Shown: in pieces, positions 52,148 to 62,710 of the stretch
How the letters are laid out: the number at the start of each line of letters is the position of its first letter
Numbering within the stretch: position 1 is the stretch's first letter
Source of the DNA: Candidatus Moraniibacteriota bacterium
Lineage (GTDB): Bacteria; Patescibacteriota; Minisyncoccia; Moranbacterales; UBA2206
Direction of reading: 5' to 3'
Assembly (NCBI GenBank): GCA_026396175.1
Contig: JAPLXG010000012.1
Span: 19,360-83,359 of the forward strand
DNA length: 64,000 nt
The notes under the pieces: model-generated
Told to the model about the DNA's origin: nothing
The model's input: only the letters and a program-made list of their open reading frames with translations
Database searches by the model: none
Position numbers and translations under genes: made by a program

Positions 52148-54211
52148 CTACTCGTTCAAGCTACTCCCTGCCGGATCTATTCTTTTGGCTTTTAGGATTC
52201 GCACATAATTTTTGTAGCGCCCATCAATTTCCAAATTAAATACCGGCGTGCCATCTTCTTTGTACGGCGAACCGATAAACTCCGGGCGCAGCTGGCTTTG
52301 CAGGGTTGAATAGAAATAATCAATTGGATACTCGGCTGTTCTAATCTTTATTTTGTGGATACATTTTCCCACATAAAACTCACAAAAACCATAGGAATCA
52401 GCCCACACAGTCGTATTCTCAGCGTTAGGTAGTTTATTCAACACCTGGGCCGCTTCATAGCCACCATAACCCCAGCCGCTGGTAATGATGTATTTTTTGG
52501 GCAGAAAATCATTGCTATAACTGAAATAATAGGGCTTAATGAGCCAGATGCTGACAAAACTGGAAATAAGCACTAGGGCGTAAATTCCACTGTACGATAG
52601 ACTCCGTAATTTTTTCCAGCTAAGGAAAGTGTAAATTATTTTTGTACTAAACGCAACGGCGCTAAGCACAATCAGCGAAAAAATAAACCGATGAAAATTA
52701 TAGAAAACGCGTAAATTTGCCTCACTGATAATTTTTGCCTGCTCAAAAGAAGAGGCGCCAAAAAGCAAAAGCAGGACAGAAAAAAGCACGGCCAGTAAAA
52801 TCAAGAATTTGCGCGATTTTTTTTTGTCTTCTTGCGTTTTGGTTCCAAAAAAGTTTTGGAGGGCAATTGCAGAAAGTAAGGCAGAGATAGGATAAAGAAT
52901 GATGCTATAGCGAATGGTTAAAACCAAGCCTTCTTTGATTACCGCAAGATAAAAAATTATGATGAAGGCAGAAAAAATAAATGTCAGGTATTCCTGTTTA
53001 ACTTTTTGAAAAATATTTTTTGCCCAAAGATATATCAGTGAAAATAAAATCAGGGGCAACGAGGCAAAAACCAGCGGCACGGTTTCCATAATAAAGCGAT
53101 AGGCATAGGGCAAGTTGCTAAATTCCGGTTTCCTTTTCATATCAAAAGAAATATCTGAGAGATCCACCAGGCGATGGCGGAGCATCCAATTCACCAGCAC
53201 AAAAACAACACTGGAAAGAAGGATGAGAGCAATCAGTTTGGGGGCGATTTTTTTGATAAGTTGTAATTTTTCCAATAGATAATAAACTACTCGGTTTTTA
53301 TTAAAGTAAGCATCCAGGGCGAGAAAAATATCAATGAGCATGGAAAGCCAAAAAATCGGTGCCATTCCGGGAAAACCGATTGTTCCGGAATAAAAATATT
53401 TCGGCTCAACAAAAACGGCAGGCATCATCATGGCAAATATGAGAAATCCGCCGGCGATAATTCCCACATAAGCCAAGCTATTCTTGAACACAATTCTTTT
53501 CAGTGTTGCTTGCTTGTCTTCCCAACCGGAAAATTCAAACAAATAATACGCGAGCAACATAAAAAGAAAAAAAGGAATTAGGATGATGCTGACATATTTA
53601 CTAGCCATCGAGAGTCCGAAAAATACTAGCGTCAACCAAAAATATTTTTTCTCAAAAAGTTTGAGCCAGGCCGCGTAAGTTAGCATCGCGGCAAAAGAAA
53701 AAATCCAAAACATTGAATCAGGATTGACAATCTGTGACATTCCAATTATCACCGGGGAAAGATAGGTTAGCGCCACCGCCAGAAGTGCCAGCCATTCATT
53801 TCGCGTGATTTTTTTCAAAATCCAAAAAAAGTAAACAGCAAAAAAACCACTCACCAAAAGAATCGGCAAGCGAAAAAGGAAGTTGATTTTCTCAGTTTCC
53901 GCGGGATTAAAAATCTTGACTGTTTTGTCAGTATAGAGCACTTGAGCATCAGGATTTCTGTCCAAAAGTAGCGCCAGCCCGGAAGTGTAGGCTAGGGTAA
54001 TCCCCGGCTTATCATTAATCCTTGTGTCTTTCCAATCCCCCAAAGCGATTGCGTTCCAATATTGATGAATTCGATCATTGTCCGCGTTATAGAGCCAGTA
54101 GTGCTCATCGAAAGAAACAAACTTGGTCAAGTGAGTGAAACCAAAAAAGAAATAGACAGCGAGGACAAGGGAAAGAAAAATTTTGATTCGATGTTTTTTC
54201 AGGATTTTCAT
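52148..54211 (-). CDS. GT-C fold membrane glycosyltransferase (ArnT/PMT-like), paralog 2
   Basis: Colinear similarity to the upstream paralog (FDEHYWLYNADNDRIHQYWNAI...WGYGGYEAAQVLN). Confidence 0.6.
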   Translation of the reverse strand: MKILKKHRIKIFLSLVLAVYFFFGFTHLTKFVSFDEHYWLYNADNDRIHQYWNAIALGDWKDTRINDKPGITLAYTSGLALLLDRNPDAQVLYTDKTVKIFNPAETEKINFLFRLPILLVSGFFAVYFFWILKKITRNEWLALLAVALTYLSPVIIGMSQIVNPDSMFWIFSFAAMLTYAAWLKLFEKKYFWLTLVFFGLSMASKYVSIILIPFFLFMLLAYYLFEFSGWEDKQATLKRIVFKNSLAYVGIIAGGFLIFAMMMPAVFVEPKYFYSGTIGFPGMAPIFWLSMLIDIFLALDAYFNKNRVVYYLLEKLQLIKKIAPKLIALILLSSVVFVLVNWMLRHRLVDLSDISFDMKRKPEFSNLPYAYRFIMETVPLVFASLPLILFSLIYLWAKNIFQKVKQEYLTFIFSAFIIIFYLAVIKEGLVLTIRYSIILYPISALLSAIALQNFFGTKTQEDKKKSRKFLILLAVLFSVLLLLFGASSFEQAKIISEANLRVFYNFHRFIFSLIVLSAVAFSTKIIYTFLSWKKLRSLSYSGIYALVLISSFVSIWLIKPYYFSYSNDFLPKKYIITSGWGYGGYEAAQVLNKLPNAENTTVWADSYGFCEFYVGKCIHKIKIRTAEYPIDYFYSTLQSQLRPEFIGSPYKEDGTPVFNLEIDGRYKNYVRILKAKRIDPAGSSLNE

Positions 54212-54314
54212 GCTTTGATACGACGTAGCTTTTTACTCATAGGCCAGCAGGCATAACCGCGTCATTGTTTTTAGCGGGACAGCGGAGAAGTCAGCGAAGT
54301 CGATTATTATTAAA

Positions 54315-55475
54315 CTATAATTGCACTTTAATTTTAAGTTCTTGAGAATTCCGCAAAATAGTCAGTTCGATTTCTTCACCTTTTTTATGCTTATAGAGCA
54401 AGTCTGGCAATGATTTTTGAGCATCGATTTTCTCTCCGGAAACTGCAGTTAGAATGTCCCCAATTTTTAGTCCGGCAGTGGCGGCGGGAGAATTGGCAAT
54501 AATCGCCAGTCCCTGCTGACCAGAGGGAGAATAAATCAGCGCGCCGGTCTCGCTCGGCAGATTATTGACGAGCGCGTATGTTTTAGAAACAGGAATGTAA
54601 TAGATGCCGAGTGTCGGGTTTGTGCCAAGCTCTTTACGGATTTCTTTGTCAATCACCAACTCCGCTTTATCAGAAGGGATCTGAAAAAAACTATCCTTAT
54701 TATCCCGACTCACCGCTCCCATAATTCCAATTATTTGTCCGGAATAATCCACCACCGGCCCTCCGACATAATGAGTTTGCGCGGGGATATCAATCTCAAA
54801 CACTCCTTCCAGTTTTTCTGATGAGGAAATAGTTTTTTCCGATAAATTATAGTAGGGATCGAAACTGCTCAAAATTCCCGCGGCGAAAGAAGGCTCCTGC
54901 GCCAGCGAATCATTTCCCACGACGATAACTTTTTCGCCCGGTTTGGCATCATCCGAATTAGCGAACGCCGCCACGGAAAGATTGCTGGCATTTATCTTGA
55001 GAAACGCCAAGTTGCTATAGGAATCGATTTCCGAAAGAGTCGCGTCATAGATGTTTCCATCGCTAGTCGTCACCTTATATTTTGCATTTTCCGCGATAAG
55101 CGTATTGGCATAGGTGATAATGAGTCCGTCACTGGCGACAATCAGACCAGTACCATTTTTTATTGCCGGTTGCGCAGCTACGGCGGAAACTTTTCCTGAC
55201 GCTGTTTTTTCAGTCGTGGTATAGGCGGTAATATTCACTACAGAAGATGTGACTTGACTGACTATTTTATTGATTGAAGTGTCATCCTTAATATAGACCT
55301 GCTCGGTCTTGTTAATTATTGTCACATCCTCGGTCGATTTTTTCAAAAAATCATATTTGGAAAAAAGTTTCGTCACTGCCAAATAGGGAAAAACATAGCG
55401 ATTGGCGATTATACCACTCAGTCCGCTGATTAAAATAATCCCGATAATAATCAGTGCTTTTTTAGTCTTTTGCAT
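54315..55475 (-). CDS. HtrA-like trypsin-fold protein with PDZ domain, predicted catalytically inactive
   Basis: Aligns to the htrA at 59103 (SDG(L/M)I(I/V)T, GGP, PDZ) but has Y-A-N where TNKHV is expected (no His) and YVGGPVVD where GNSGGPLL is expected (no Ser). Confidence 0.55.
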   Translation of the reverse strand: MQKTKKALIIIGIILISGLSGIIANRYVFPYLAVTKLFSKYDFLKKSTEDVTIINKTEQVYIKDDTSINKIVSQVTSSVVNITAYTTTEKTASGKVSAVAAQPAIKNGTGLIVASDGLIITYANTLIAENAKYKVTTSDGNIYDATLSEIDSYSNLAFLKINASNLSVAAFANSDDAKPGEKVIVVGNDSLAQEPSFAAGILSSFDPYYNLSEKTISSSEKLEGVFEIDIPAQTHYVGGPVVDYSGQIIGIMGAVSRDNKDSFFQIPSDKAELVIDKEIRKELGTNPTLGIYYIPVSKTYALVNNLPSETGALIYSPSGQQGLAIIANSPAATAGLKIGDILTAVSGEKIDAQKSLPDLLYKHKKGEEIELTILRNSQELKIKVQL

Positions 55476-55500
55476 AAATATGAATAAAAATTATTTTCGC

Positions 55501-56250
55501 TTAAATGACAGGGATCCATTTCGAAGTCAAAAGGACAAGCAGGATTAAAAAGGAAAAAAACAGCACATTGGCTATGGCTCTTTTTTGGCTTAAAATGTTC
55601 AAAAAGTAGCCCTGGACGATACTCCATAGCATATAGTAAAGTATAAGCGCAATTACGCCGGTGGTCAAATATCCGAACGGCCAATAGTTTATCACCCAAG
55701 CCATTTCTGCCATAGAAAGTCCCAAAAGAAAACTATAAATCCAGACTGTTTTTTTCTCATCACTTTTGATGATGGAAAAATATTGATAACTGACCAAAAG
55801 CGTGATCAATAAATATGCCAACATCAGTGCGTAGAGCGGCACAAGGAAATTTAAGTAAAGTCCATAGGCGCTGGCGTAGGTGAAAAAAATGGTGGCAGAC
55901 GTCGCTGCCATATTCATCCCTTTGGCAGTTTGGTCTTTTTCGTATTTTCCCAGGCGGTATGCGCCGAAAAGTGCCAAATAATTCATACCGGTTGCGAGCA
56001 GGATGAAAATCTGCTGTTCATAGCCTAGAGCGATCAAATAGAGCAAGGAAACTGAAGATAGAGTGAAGAATATTGGTAGGATGGAAAATTTCCACTTTCC
56101 TCCAATCGCTTTTCCCTCTCGCAAAGAAATCAGGAGTAAAACCAATAAAACAATTAAAATAAGATTAGTGTTGCTGTGAATATAGACAATAAATTCCAAG
56201 CCAAAAAGGAATAGTAGGCTATAAAATAATGGACGTAATTTTAAAAACAT
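55501..56250 (-). CDS. Hypothetical polytopic membrane protein
   Basis: Roughly 8 hydrophobic helices; no family assignment. Confidence 0.45.
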   Translation of the reverse strand: MFLKLRPLFYSLLFLFGLEFIVYIHSNTNLILIVLLVLLLISLREGKAIGGKWKFSILPIFFTLSSVSLLYLIALGYEQQIFILLATGMNYLALFGAYRLGKYEKDQTAKGMNMAATSATIFFTYASAYGLYLNFLVPLYALMLAYLLITLLVSYQYFSIIKSDEKKTVWIYSFLLGLSMAEMAWVINYWPFGYLTTGVIALILYYMLWSIVQGYFLNILSQKRAIANVLFFSFLILLVLLTSKWIPVI

Positions 56251-56267
56251 AGCTTAGTTCTAATTTA

Positions 56268-56413
56268 GGACTTACGCGTTTGCCAAAAGCAAGCTTATCT
56301 ATAGCCAAGGCTAGTCCGAAAAAGTTTATTAGCATTAGAGGTTGATATGAACAGTAATAAACTCTAGCAAACCCCTCAGCTTTCAAAGATTGCTTTTGGT
56401 GAACGCGTAAGTC
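56268..56413 (+). mobile_element. MITE-like element copy C (146 bp)
   Basis: GGACTTACGCGTTTGCCAAAAGCAAGCTTATCTATAGCCAAGG ... CTTTCAAAGATTGCTTTTGGTGAACGCGTAAGTC; roughly 27/30 terminal inverted repeat match. Confidence 0.65.
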
Positions 56414-56419
56414 TTACAA

Positions 56420-59035
56420 CTAACCAACCTCAAAAACCAATTTATCGTTTTTCAGATCAATTTTTATTTTATCTCCTTCTTTTATCTTATTTTCAATCAA
56501 CAGTTTCGCGAGCTCGTTCATTATTTCCGTTTGAATGAGTCGTTTTAAAGGTCTTGCGCCATAAGCCATATCAAACCCTTTTTTACTTAGGTATTCTTTT
56601 GTTGCTAGTGTCAGTTTTAACCTAATCTTTTTTTCTTCCAATCTTTTTTCAATTTGCATCAATTGTAGTTCTACAATCTTTCGAAGCATTTGATGGTTAA
56701 TTGGATGAAAAACAATAATTTCATCCAAGCGATTCAAAAATTCCGGTTTAAAACTTTCTTTAAGCGCCGAGAGGACTTTTTGGCGCATCTCTGTCTCGGC
56801 GATTGCTCCTTCTTCTTTTTCTTCGCGAAAACCAAGATTTTTTTTGTGAATTATTTCTGAACCTAGGTTGGAAGTCATTACAATAACCGTGTTTTTGAAA
56901 TTGACCCGCCGACCTTTTGCATCCGTCAAATAACCTTCGTCCAGAATCTGCAACATAATATTAAACACTTGCGGGTTGGCTTTCTCAATTTCATCAAACA
57001 AAATGACCGAGTAGGGTTTGCGCCGGACAATTTCCGTCAGCTGGCCACCTTCTTCATAGCCGACATAGCCAGGTGGTGATCCGATTAATTTGGCCGTACT
57101 ATGTGCCTCCATGTATTCTCCCATATCAACGCGGGTCATTGCTTTTTCATCATTAAACAAAAATTCTGCCAGGGCTTTGGCCAATTCTGTTTTTCCCACG
57201 CCGGTCGGTCCGAGAAAAATAAACGAACCAATTGGTCGTTTGCTTTCGGCAATTCCGGCGCGTGTTCGCCTGATTGCATTGGCCACCGCTGAAATTGCCT
57301 CGGCTTGTCCCACTACTCGTTTGCCAATTTCCGTTTCCATCTCGAGCAATTTTTGCGCTTCGTTTTCGATGAGCTTGGAAGTGGGAATTCCGGTCCAGCG
57401 AGAAACCACTTTGGCAATATCTTCCGCAGTCACCTCTTCTTTGAGAATAGCACCCTTTCCCTGCAAATCATCCAGTTTCTTTTTTTCGGCCATAACTTTC
57501 TTTTCCAATTCAGGAATTTTTCCATAACGGATTTCGGCCACTCTATCCAATTCCATTTTGCGCTCGGCAATTTCCGCGGTCGATTTTAGCTTATCAATTT
57601 CCGCCGCGTGCTTTCGAATATTAGTGATTAATTCTTTTTCCGCTTTCCATTGCAAAAGGACATTGCCTTCTTGTTCCCTAATTTCTGCCAGCTTGCGATT
57701 CAAGTCGCGAATCTTTTTTTTCGCGTCTTTATTTTTTTCTTTTTCCAATGCTTTTTTTTCAATTTCCATCCGGCGCAAAAGTCGTTCGGTCGAATCAATT
57801 TCCGCCGGCATTGAATCAATTTCCATCCGCAGAGCGCTAGTCGCTTCATCGATGAGATCAACCGCTTTATCAGGTAAAAAACGATCAGTGATATAGCGAT
57901 CGGAAAGTTTAACTGCTTCTTGGATGGCTGCATCGGTAATTTTCACACCGTGGTGTACTTCATATTTTTCCTTGAGACCACGCAGAATGGCAATCGAATC
58001 TTCAATTGATGGTTCGTCGACTATAATTGGTTGAAAACGCCTTTCAAAGGCAGCATCTTTTTCGATATATTTCTGATATTCTTTCGTCGTTGTGGCACCA
58101 ATCATATGCAATTTTCCCCGCGCCAGAGCGGGTTTGAGCATATTAGAAGCATCCATCGCACCTTCAATTGCTCCCGCACCGACCAGTGTGTGTAGTTCAT
58201 CGATAAAAAGAATGTAGCGGCCAGATTCGCGATCAACTTCATTGATGATGGCTTTCAATCTTTCTTCGAATTCTCCGCGAAATTTTGTGCCCGCAATAAG
58301 CAGACCAAGATCGAGTGACATTAATGATTTATTTTTCAAAGTTTCCGGTACGTCGCCGTCCGCGATTCTTTGCGCTAACCCTTCAGCGATAGCCGTCTTT
58401 CCTGTCCCCGCCTCACCAATCAGCACCGGATTATTTTTTGTCCTGCGGCTAAGCACCTGCATCACGCGCCTAATTTCATCATCGCGACCGATTACCGGAT
58501 CGAGTTTGTTATCCTTGGCTAGTTGCGTCAGATCAATTGTGTATTTTTTTAAAGCTTGCAAGCGGTTTTCCGGATCGGGTGAATCAATTTTTTGCGAACC
58601 ACGCAATTCTTGGATAATTTTCAGAATATTTTCATAGACAATTCCGTGTGCGGAAAGGAAATCTCGTACTACTCCTTTCGTCGCGAGAAATGAAAGCAGT
58701 AAATGCTCCGTGGAAACATATTCATCCTCATTTTTTCGCGCTTCAACTTCGGCATTGTTGAGTACTAGCACCACTTCCGGAGCGATAAAAATTTGCTTGA
58801 TGCCCTGCGGCGGATTGTGCGGATATTTTTCAATCTCCATCGTCGCAGCATATTTTATTTTTTCTTCGTCCAATTCCAGCTTTTTGACAATCACGGGAAT
58901 GATGGAATTTTCTTGATCTAAAAGCGCAAACAGCAGATGGAAAACATCCACCTGCTGTTGGTTATTGATAATGGCCAATTCTTGCGCGTCTTGCAATACC
59001 GCCTGCGCTTTAGTTGTAAATTTGTTTAGATCCAT
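56420..59035 (-). CDS. clpB: ATP-dependent chaperone ClpB
   Basis: Two AAA+ modules ([16 protein letters not shown]), long middle coiled-coil domain, N-terminal Clp repeat domain. Confidence 0.9.
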   Translation of the reverse strand: MDLNKFTTKAQAVLQDAQELAIINNQQQVDVFHLLFALLDQENSIIPVIVKKLELDEEKIKYAATMEIEKYPHNPPQGIKQIFIAPEVVLVLNNAEVEARKNEDEYVSTEHLLLSFLATKGVVRDFLSAHGIVYENILKIIQELRGSQKIDSPDPENRLQALKKYTIDLTQLAKDNKLDPVIGRDDEIRRVMQVLSRRTKNNPVLIGEAGTGKTAIAEGLAQRIADGDVPETLKNKSLMSLDLGLLIAGTKFRGEFEERLKAIINEVDRESGRYILFIDELHTLVGAGAIEGAMDASNMLKPALARGKLHMIGATTTKEYQKYIEKDAAFERRFQPIIVDEPSIEDSIAILRGLKEKYEVHHGVKITDAAIQEAVKLSDRYITDRFLPDKAVDLIDEATSALRMEIDSMPAEIDSTERLLRRMEIEKKALEKEKNKDAKKKIRDLNRKLAEIREQEGNVLLQWKAEKELITNIRKHAAEIDKLKSTAEIAERKMELDRVAEIRYGKIPELEKKVMAEKKKLDDLQGKGAILKEEVTAEDIAKVVSRWTGIPTSKLIENEAQKLLEMETEIGKRVVGQAEAISAVANAIRRTRAGIAESKRPIGSFIFLGPTGVGKTELAKALAEFLFNDEKAMTRVDMGEYMEAHSTAKLIGSPPGYVGYEEGGQLTEIVRRKPYSVILFDEIEKANPQVFNIMLQILDEGYLTDAKGRRVNFKNTVIVMTSNLGSEIIHKKNLGFREEKEEGAIAETEMRQKVLSALKESFKPEFLNRLDEIIVFHPINHQMLRKIVELQLMQIEKRLEEKKIRLKLTLATKEYLSKKGFDMAYGARPLKRLIQTEIMNELAKLLIENKIKEGDKIKIDLKNDKLVFEVG

Positions 59036-59102
59036 AATTTATTGGCTTCGCGAACTTCGCCGTGGCGGAAACATGCTAATGAGTACTATGTAATAAATAG
59101 TG

Positions 59103-60434
59103 TTACTGAGCTCTCTCTTCCAGCTTAACCGTAACATTTTTTGTGTCTCCCTTGTGCCAAACTTTTAGAGTCACCTCATCCCCGACATTAAATTTAGACA
59201 ATAAATCAACCAGGCTATTATTGGCATCGACTTTTTGTCCATTCACTTCTAGAATCACATCATTTTCAACCAGTCCCGCCTTGTCGGCCGGAGAACCAGG
59301 AATGACGGCAAAATCGGTCATTGTTTGTCCGCGTAGAATCATCACGCCATAATTAAAAGGCAACTTGATTTGTTTTTGCAAGGCGTCATCAACTGGAATG
59401 TAACGCACGCCAAGATAAGGGGTGGAAATTTTTCCGGTCGTTTTCACTTGATCGGTTATTTTTTGCACCTGACTCGCAGGAAGAGCAAAGCCGACATTTT
59501 GCGCGCCTTGCGCAATCGCGACATTAATTCCGATCACTTTTCCGCTGATGTCGAGTAACGGTCCGCCGGAATTGCCCGGATTGATTGCCGCGTCTGTCTG
59601 GATGATATTGGTTAATTTTTCACTGTCGCCCAATCCGCCTCCGGCAGTTAGATTTCTTTTCAGTCCCGAGATAATTCCTTTGCTCACGGTGTTGGAAAAC
59701 TCGCCCAATGAATTGCCAATGGCAATCGCGGTTTGGCCGATTTTTAGACTATTAGAATCACCAAAACTAAGCGTGGAATAATTTGTACCATCAATTTTGA
59801 TGACAGCAATGTCGTTTATCGGATCACGCGCCAAGACTTTAGCCGGATGTTCTTTTCCATCATTTGTAAGCACGGTGTAATCTGCCGCACTGTCAGCTAC
59901 GACATGTTTATTGGTCACAATCATACCGTCCGAGGTTATGATGAACCCCGTGCCGGCACCGATTTTCTGTTTTTGCATATTACCTCCGGAATTATTCGGC
60001 GTACTATTTTGATCTGGCGCATTACCGGAAGAATTTGGATCTCCGAAAAAACCAAACGGATCAAAAAAGCTTTGTATCTTCGGCACGTCTTTGCTGATGA
60101 CAATACTAACCACAGCTGGCGTGCTTTTTTCCACCACATCAATCACGGCCGAATCTTCTTCGATAATTTTTTCTCGCGAAACAGCGGGATCTGAATTTAC
60201 ATAGTTACCGCTGGATTGAAAAACTTTCGGAAACTTGTGCGAAATTTCTGTAAATACTTTTTGGCCAAAGCCTCCTGCCATAAAACCAAAGACTGCACCA
60301 AAAAAAGAAGCAAGGAAAATGATGACGATCAGCATTGGAATGAAAGAGGCCAGAGAATGCCTATGTCTTTCTTTTTTTTCCGCCACTTCACTTTCCCCTT
60401 GCAAGTTCTCGGGGTTAATTTCAAGGTTATCCAT
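59103..60434 (-). CDS. htrA: Do/HtrA family serine endoprotease with PDZ domain
   Basis: Catalytic triad context TNKHVV, D, GNSGGPLL; C-terminal PDZ. Confidence 0.85.
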   Translation of the reverse strand: MDNLEINPENLQGESEVAEKKERHRHSLASFIPMLIVIIFLASFFGAVFGFMAGGFGQKVFTEISHKFPKVFQSSGNYVNSDPAVSREKIIEEDSAVIDVVEKSTPAVVSIVISKDVPKIQSFFDPFGFFGDPNSSGNAPDQNSTPNNSGGNMQKQKIGAGTGFIITSDGMIVTNKHVVADSAADYTVLTNDGKEHPAKVLARDPINDIAVIKIDGTNYSTLSFGDSNSLKIGQTAIAIGNSLGEFSNTVSKGIISGLKRNLTAGGGLGDSEKLTNIIQTDAAINPGNSGGPLLDISGKVIGINVAIAQGAQNVGFALPASQVQKITDQVKTTGKISTPYLGVRYIPVDDALQKQIKLPFNYGVMILRGQTMTDFAVIPGSPADKAGLVENDVILEVNGQKVDANNSLVDLLSKFNVGDEVTLKVWHKGDTKNVTVKLEERAQ

Positions 60435-60658
60435 AAGAGTTATTTTTATCCAGTGGTTAATTTTTAGACCGGATAAAGCTTTCTAGTCCAGCACTAACTT
60501 ATCAAAAGTAGTATCTGGAGGTATGGTAATAAATTTTTTTAGCAAGCCCGAGCAAAGTTAGCGCCGGACTAGTCATTTTTTTTGAATTGATCTTGCCTGT
60601 TCTTTTTTTAAATTCGTTTCAAAAAAAGAACAGAAAAAAGTTTCCACGGAAAAACCGC

Positions 60659-60838
60659 TTATTCCATCGAGATTGCGCTGACCGGGCAACTGTCGATTAC
60701 GCTTTGGCAATCACAATCACCGCAATCATCGGAAATCACGTGAGATTTTCCGTCTTCAACTTTGAAAACAGTTGGGCAGAGCGATTCGCAGGTTCCACAA
60801 CCGATGCAAAGCTCCTCATTGACTTTTGCTTTTGGCAT
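60659..60838 (-). CDS. 4Fe-4S ferredoxin (59 aa; under the ORF-track cutoff)
   Basis: Manual translation MPKAKVNEELCIGCGTCESLCPTVFKVEDGKSHVISDDCGDCDCQSVIDSCPVSAISME with CxxCxxC...CP and CxxCxC...CP clusters; the overlapping + strand ORF 60587-60901 is spurious. Confidence 0.65.
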   Translation of the reverse strand: MPKAKVNEELCIGCGTCESLCPTVFKVEDGKSHVISDDCGDCDCQSVIDSCPVSAISME

Positions 60839-61011
60839 GATATTTTGTTCCGAAGTAGTTTTTTATTTTTTGTAAAACTAAATCGGGAACGATTAAATTA
60901 ATTATTTACTACAAAAATACAAATAGGTACAAAAGTACAAAAATACGAAAAGCGTAACTACCACAAAATCAATTCCTAGCTTATTTGTACTTTTGTATTT
61001 TCGTAGCAAGC

Positions 61012-62064
61012 CTAGAATAGCACCGAAATGTCCCCCGGCGAATTCTTTTGCAGATTATTTTCAAAATCTTTCAGGTCATTATTTTTAAATTCCACTTGAC
61101 CGTCCGTCTTGTTCCAATACATATCCCGTGAAAAAATATGAATATTGAAACTTTTCACAAATTTGTCCAGCCAATCAGAGAAATTGTTTGTGCGCACGAA
61201 AATTTGTTTCAACTGAACTTTGTCTACGCCGTTTTCCGTTTTCTTGTCCTCGACCAAAACGATATGGTAACCAAGCGAGCTCATAATGATTTCGCTCCGA
61301 TCACCTTTGTTTAGGCCAAAGACGACTTGCGCAATTTCTGGCAACATTTCTGAGCTGTCAAACCAGCCCAACTCCCCATCGCTCTTGGCACTTTCTCCTT
61401 CGGAATATTTTCCTGCCACACTGGCAAAATCTTTTTTCGCGTTCAGTTCCTGCAAAGCCGCGTCAATCTTGCTTTTCGCCGCAATCATTTCCGGGTCAGT
61501 TTCTTGGATATTTGCAAATAATTTTTCTTTATACATATCGGGTTTCACGATATTTTCCTGGAAATCAGTCAGCGTCCAACCATAAAGCTTGGTCAGATTA
61601 TTCTTGAGATATTCCTCACTGCCATATTCTTGCATCTTGCGGGAAACTGCTTGTGAAATATCCTCCGGATTAATCGTAAGTCCCCGCTTTTTGGCTTCAT
61701 TTTCAATCAGTCTATTTTCGATCAATTTATTGAGAATATTTTTTTCCTTGATTGCGAGTCGTTTTTTCCCGTCTTCAGTCGTAAAGTCAACGCGCAAACC
61801 CAAATCGGAAAAGTCCTGATTTTCATAAAACATCCTGGCGGCGTCAAGCTGGCCTTTCAGCTTGCTTTCAGTGATGAAGTTCGTGCCGCCCCACGCTGCG
61901 ACAGGATAGGGAAAAATCGCTGCCGTTTTTCTGGTCAGTTTATTGCTAACATTAAAACCATAGATGAGCACAGCCACCACCACTAGGTATACGATTAAAA
62001 AAACAATTAGTCCCAAAATAATTGTCAGTGGTTTGATTTTTTTTTCGTCAAATTTATTTTGCAT
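61012..62064 (-). CDS. Parvulin-type peptidyl-prolyl isomerase (PrsA/SurA-like), membrane anchored
   Basis: N-terminal TM helix; C-terminal PpiC domain (SSLGYHIVLVEDK). Confidence 0.7.
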   Translation of the reverse strand: MQNKFDEKKIKPLTIILGLIVFLIVYLVVVAVLIYGFNVSNKLTRKTAAIFPYPVAAWGGTNFITESKLKGQLDAARMFYENQDFSDLGLRVDFTTEDGKKRLAIKEKNILNKLIENRLIENEAKKRGLTINPEDISQAVSRKMQEYGSEEYLKNNLTKLYGWTLTDFQENIVKPDMYKEKLFANIQETDPEMIAAKSKIDAALQELNAKKDFASVAGKYSEGESAKSDGELGWFDSSEMLPEIAQVVFGLNKGDRSEIIMSSLGYHIVLVEDKKTENGVDKVQLKQIFVRTNNFSDWLDKFVKSFNIHIFSRDMYWNKTDGQVEFKNNDLKDFENNLQKNSPGDISVLF

Positions 62065-62069
62065 ACCGC

Positions 62070-62468
62070 TTAGTATTTAAAGAAATAGTCCCACCATTTT
62101 TGCGGGTTGGATTTTTTGATTAACAGTTCTTGACTGGCAGGAACCGGATCACCTTCGGTTTTCTTGGGAAGCAATCCGGAATCAACAATCACCACATTTT
62201 CTTTCGGATCTTGTAGGTTTAACTTATCGCGAATCTCTTTTTCCTGATAATCCCGCCCTTCTAAATAGGCAATTTTGTCAGAAAGGCGCATATTATCACC
62301 TTGGATTTTTTTGGCCTCTTCTTGCAATTTCGTAATTTCACTTTGCACTTGTCTTTTGCGATAAGTCTCCCGGGAAATTGCCAGAAAAATAAACACCACC
62401 GCCACACAGCCGAGAAAAATTATGATCCGAATCAGCCACGAATTTCCTTTGTCGCTACTTTCACGCAT
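62070..62468 (-). CDS. Septum formation initiator family protein (FtsB/DivIC-like)
   Basis: N-terminal TM helix followed by a coiled coil (EITKLQEEAKKIQGDNMRLSDKIAYLE). Confidence 0.55.
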   Translation of the reverse strand: MRESSDKGNSWLIRIIIFLGCVAVVFIFLAISRETYRKRQVQSEITKLQEEAKKIQGDNMRLSDKIAYLEGRDYQEKEIRDKLNLQDPKENVVIVDSGLLPKKTEGDPVPASQELLIKKSNPQKWWDYFFKY

Positions 62469-62658
62469 AAAGTTAGTGTAGTGTTATTTACCTAACATCG
62501 AAAGTGCCGGCGCAATAGTAAAAGCCACCATAGAAAGCACGGCCAAAATGGAAATCACGACCCAAATTTTGTATATTTTTTTGTTACGTTTCTTGAAGCT
62601 CATAGAAAGATTATAGCAAATTTTTTATTAGATGACAAATCAACTTAATATAGCCAGT

Positions 62659-62702
62659 AACCAGAGCTCAGCTCTCGGATTTCCGAGAGCTGAGCTCTGG
62701 TT
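62659..62702. terminator. Strong 21-bp-stem hairpin (possible terminator or regulatory structure)
   Basis: AACCAGAGCTCAGCTCTCGGA-TT-TCCGAGAGCTGAGCTCTGGTT; only a weak T-run (TTTTCACC) on the + strand. Confidence 0.4.
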
Positions 62703-62710
62703 TTCACCCA

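Noticed and set aside
60587-60901. 104-aa + strand ORF
   Set aside because: The opposite strand encodes a textbook 2x[4Fe-4S] ferredoxin (CxxCxxC...CP twice) that is just under the ORF-caller length cutoff. The + strand ORF has no recognisable features.
62493-62612. Possible 39-aa minus-strand membrane peptide (MSFKKRNKKIYKIWVVISILAVLSMVAFTIAPALSMLGK) upstream of ftsB-like gene
   Set aside because: It is plausible as a small membrane protein, but too short to support from sequence alone without homology or ribosome-profiling evidence; left unannotated.
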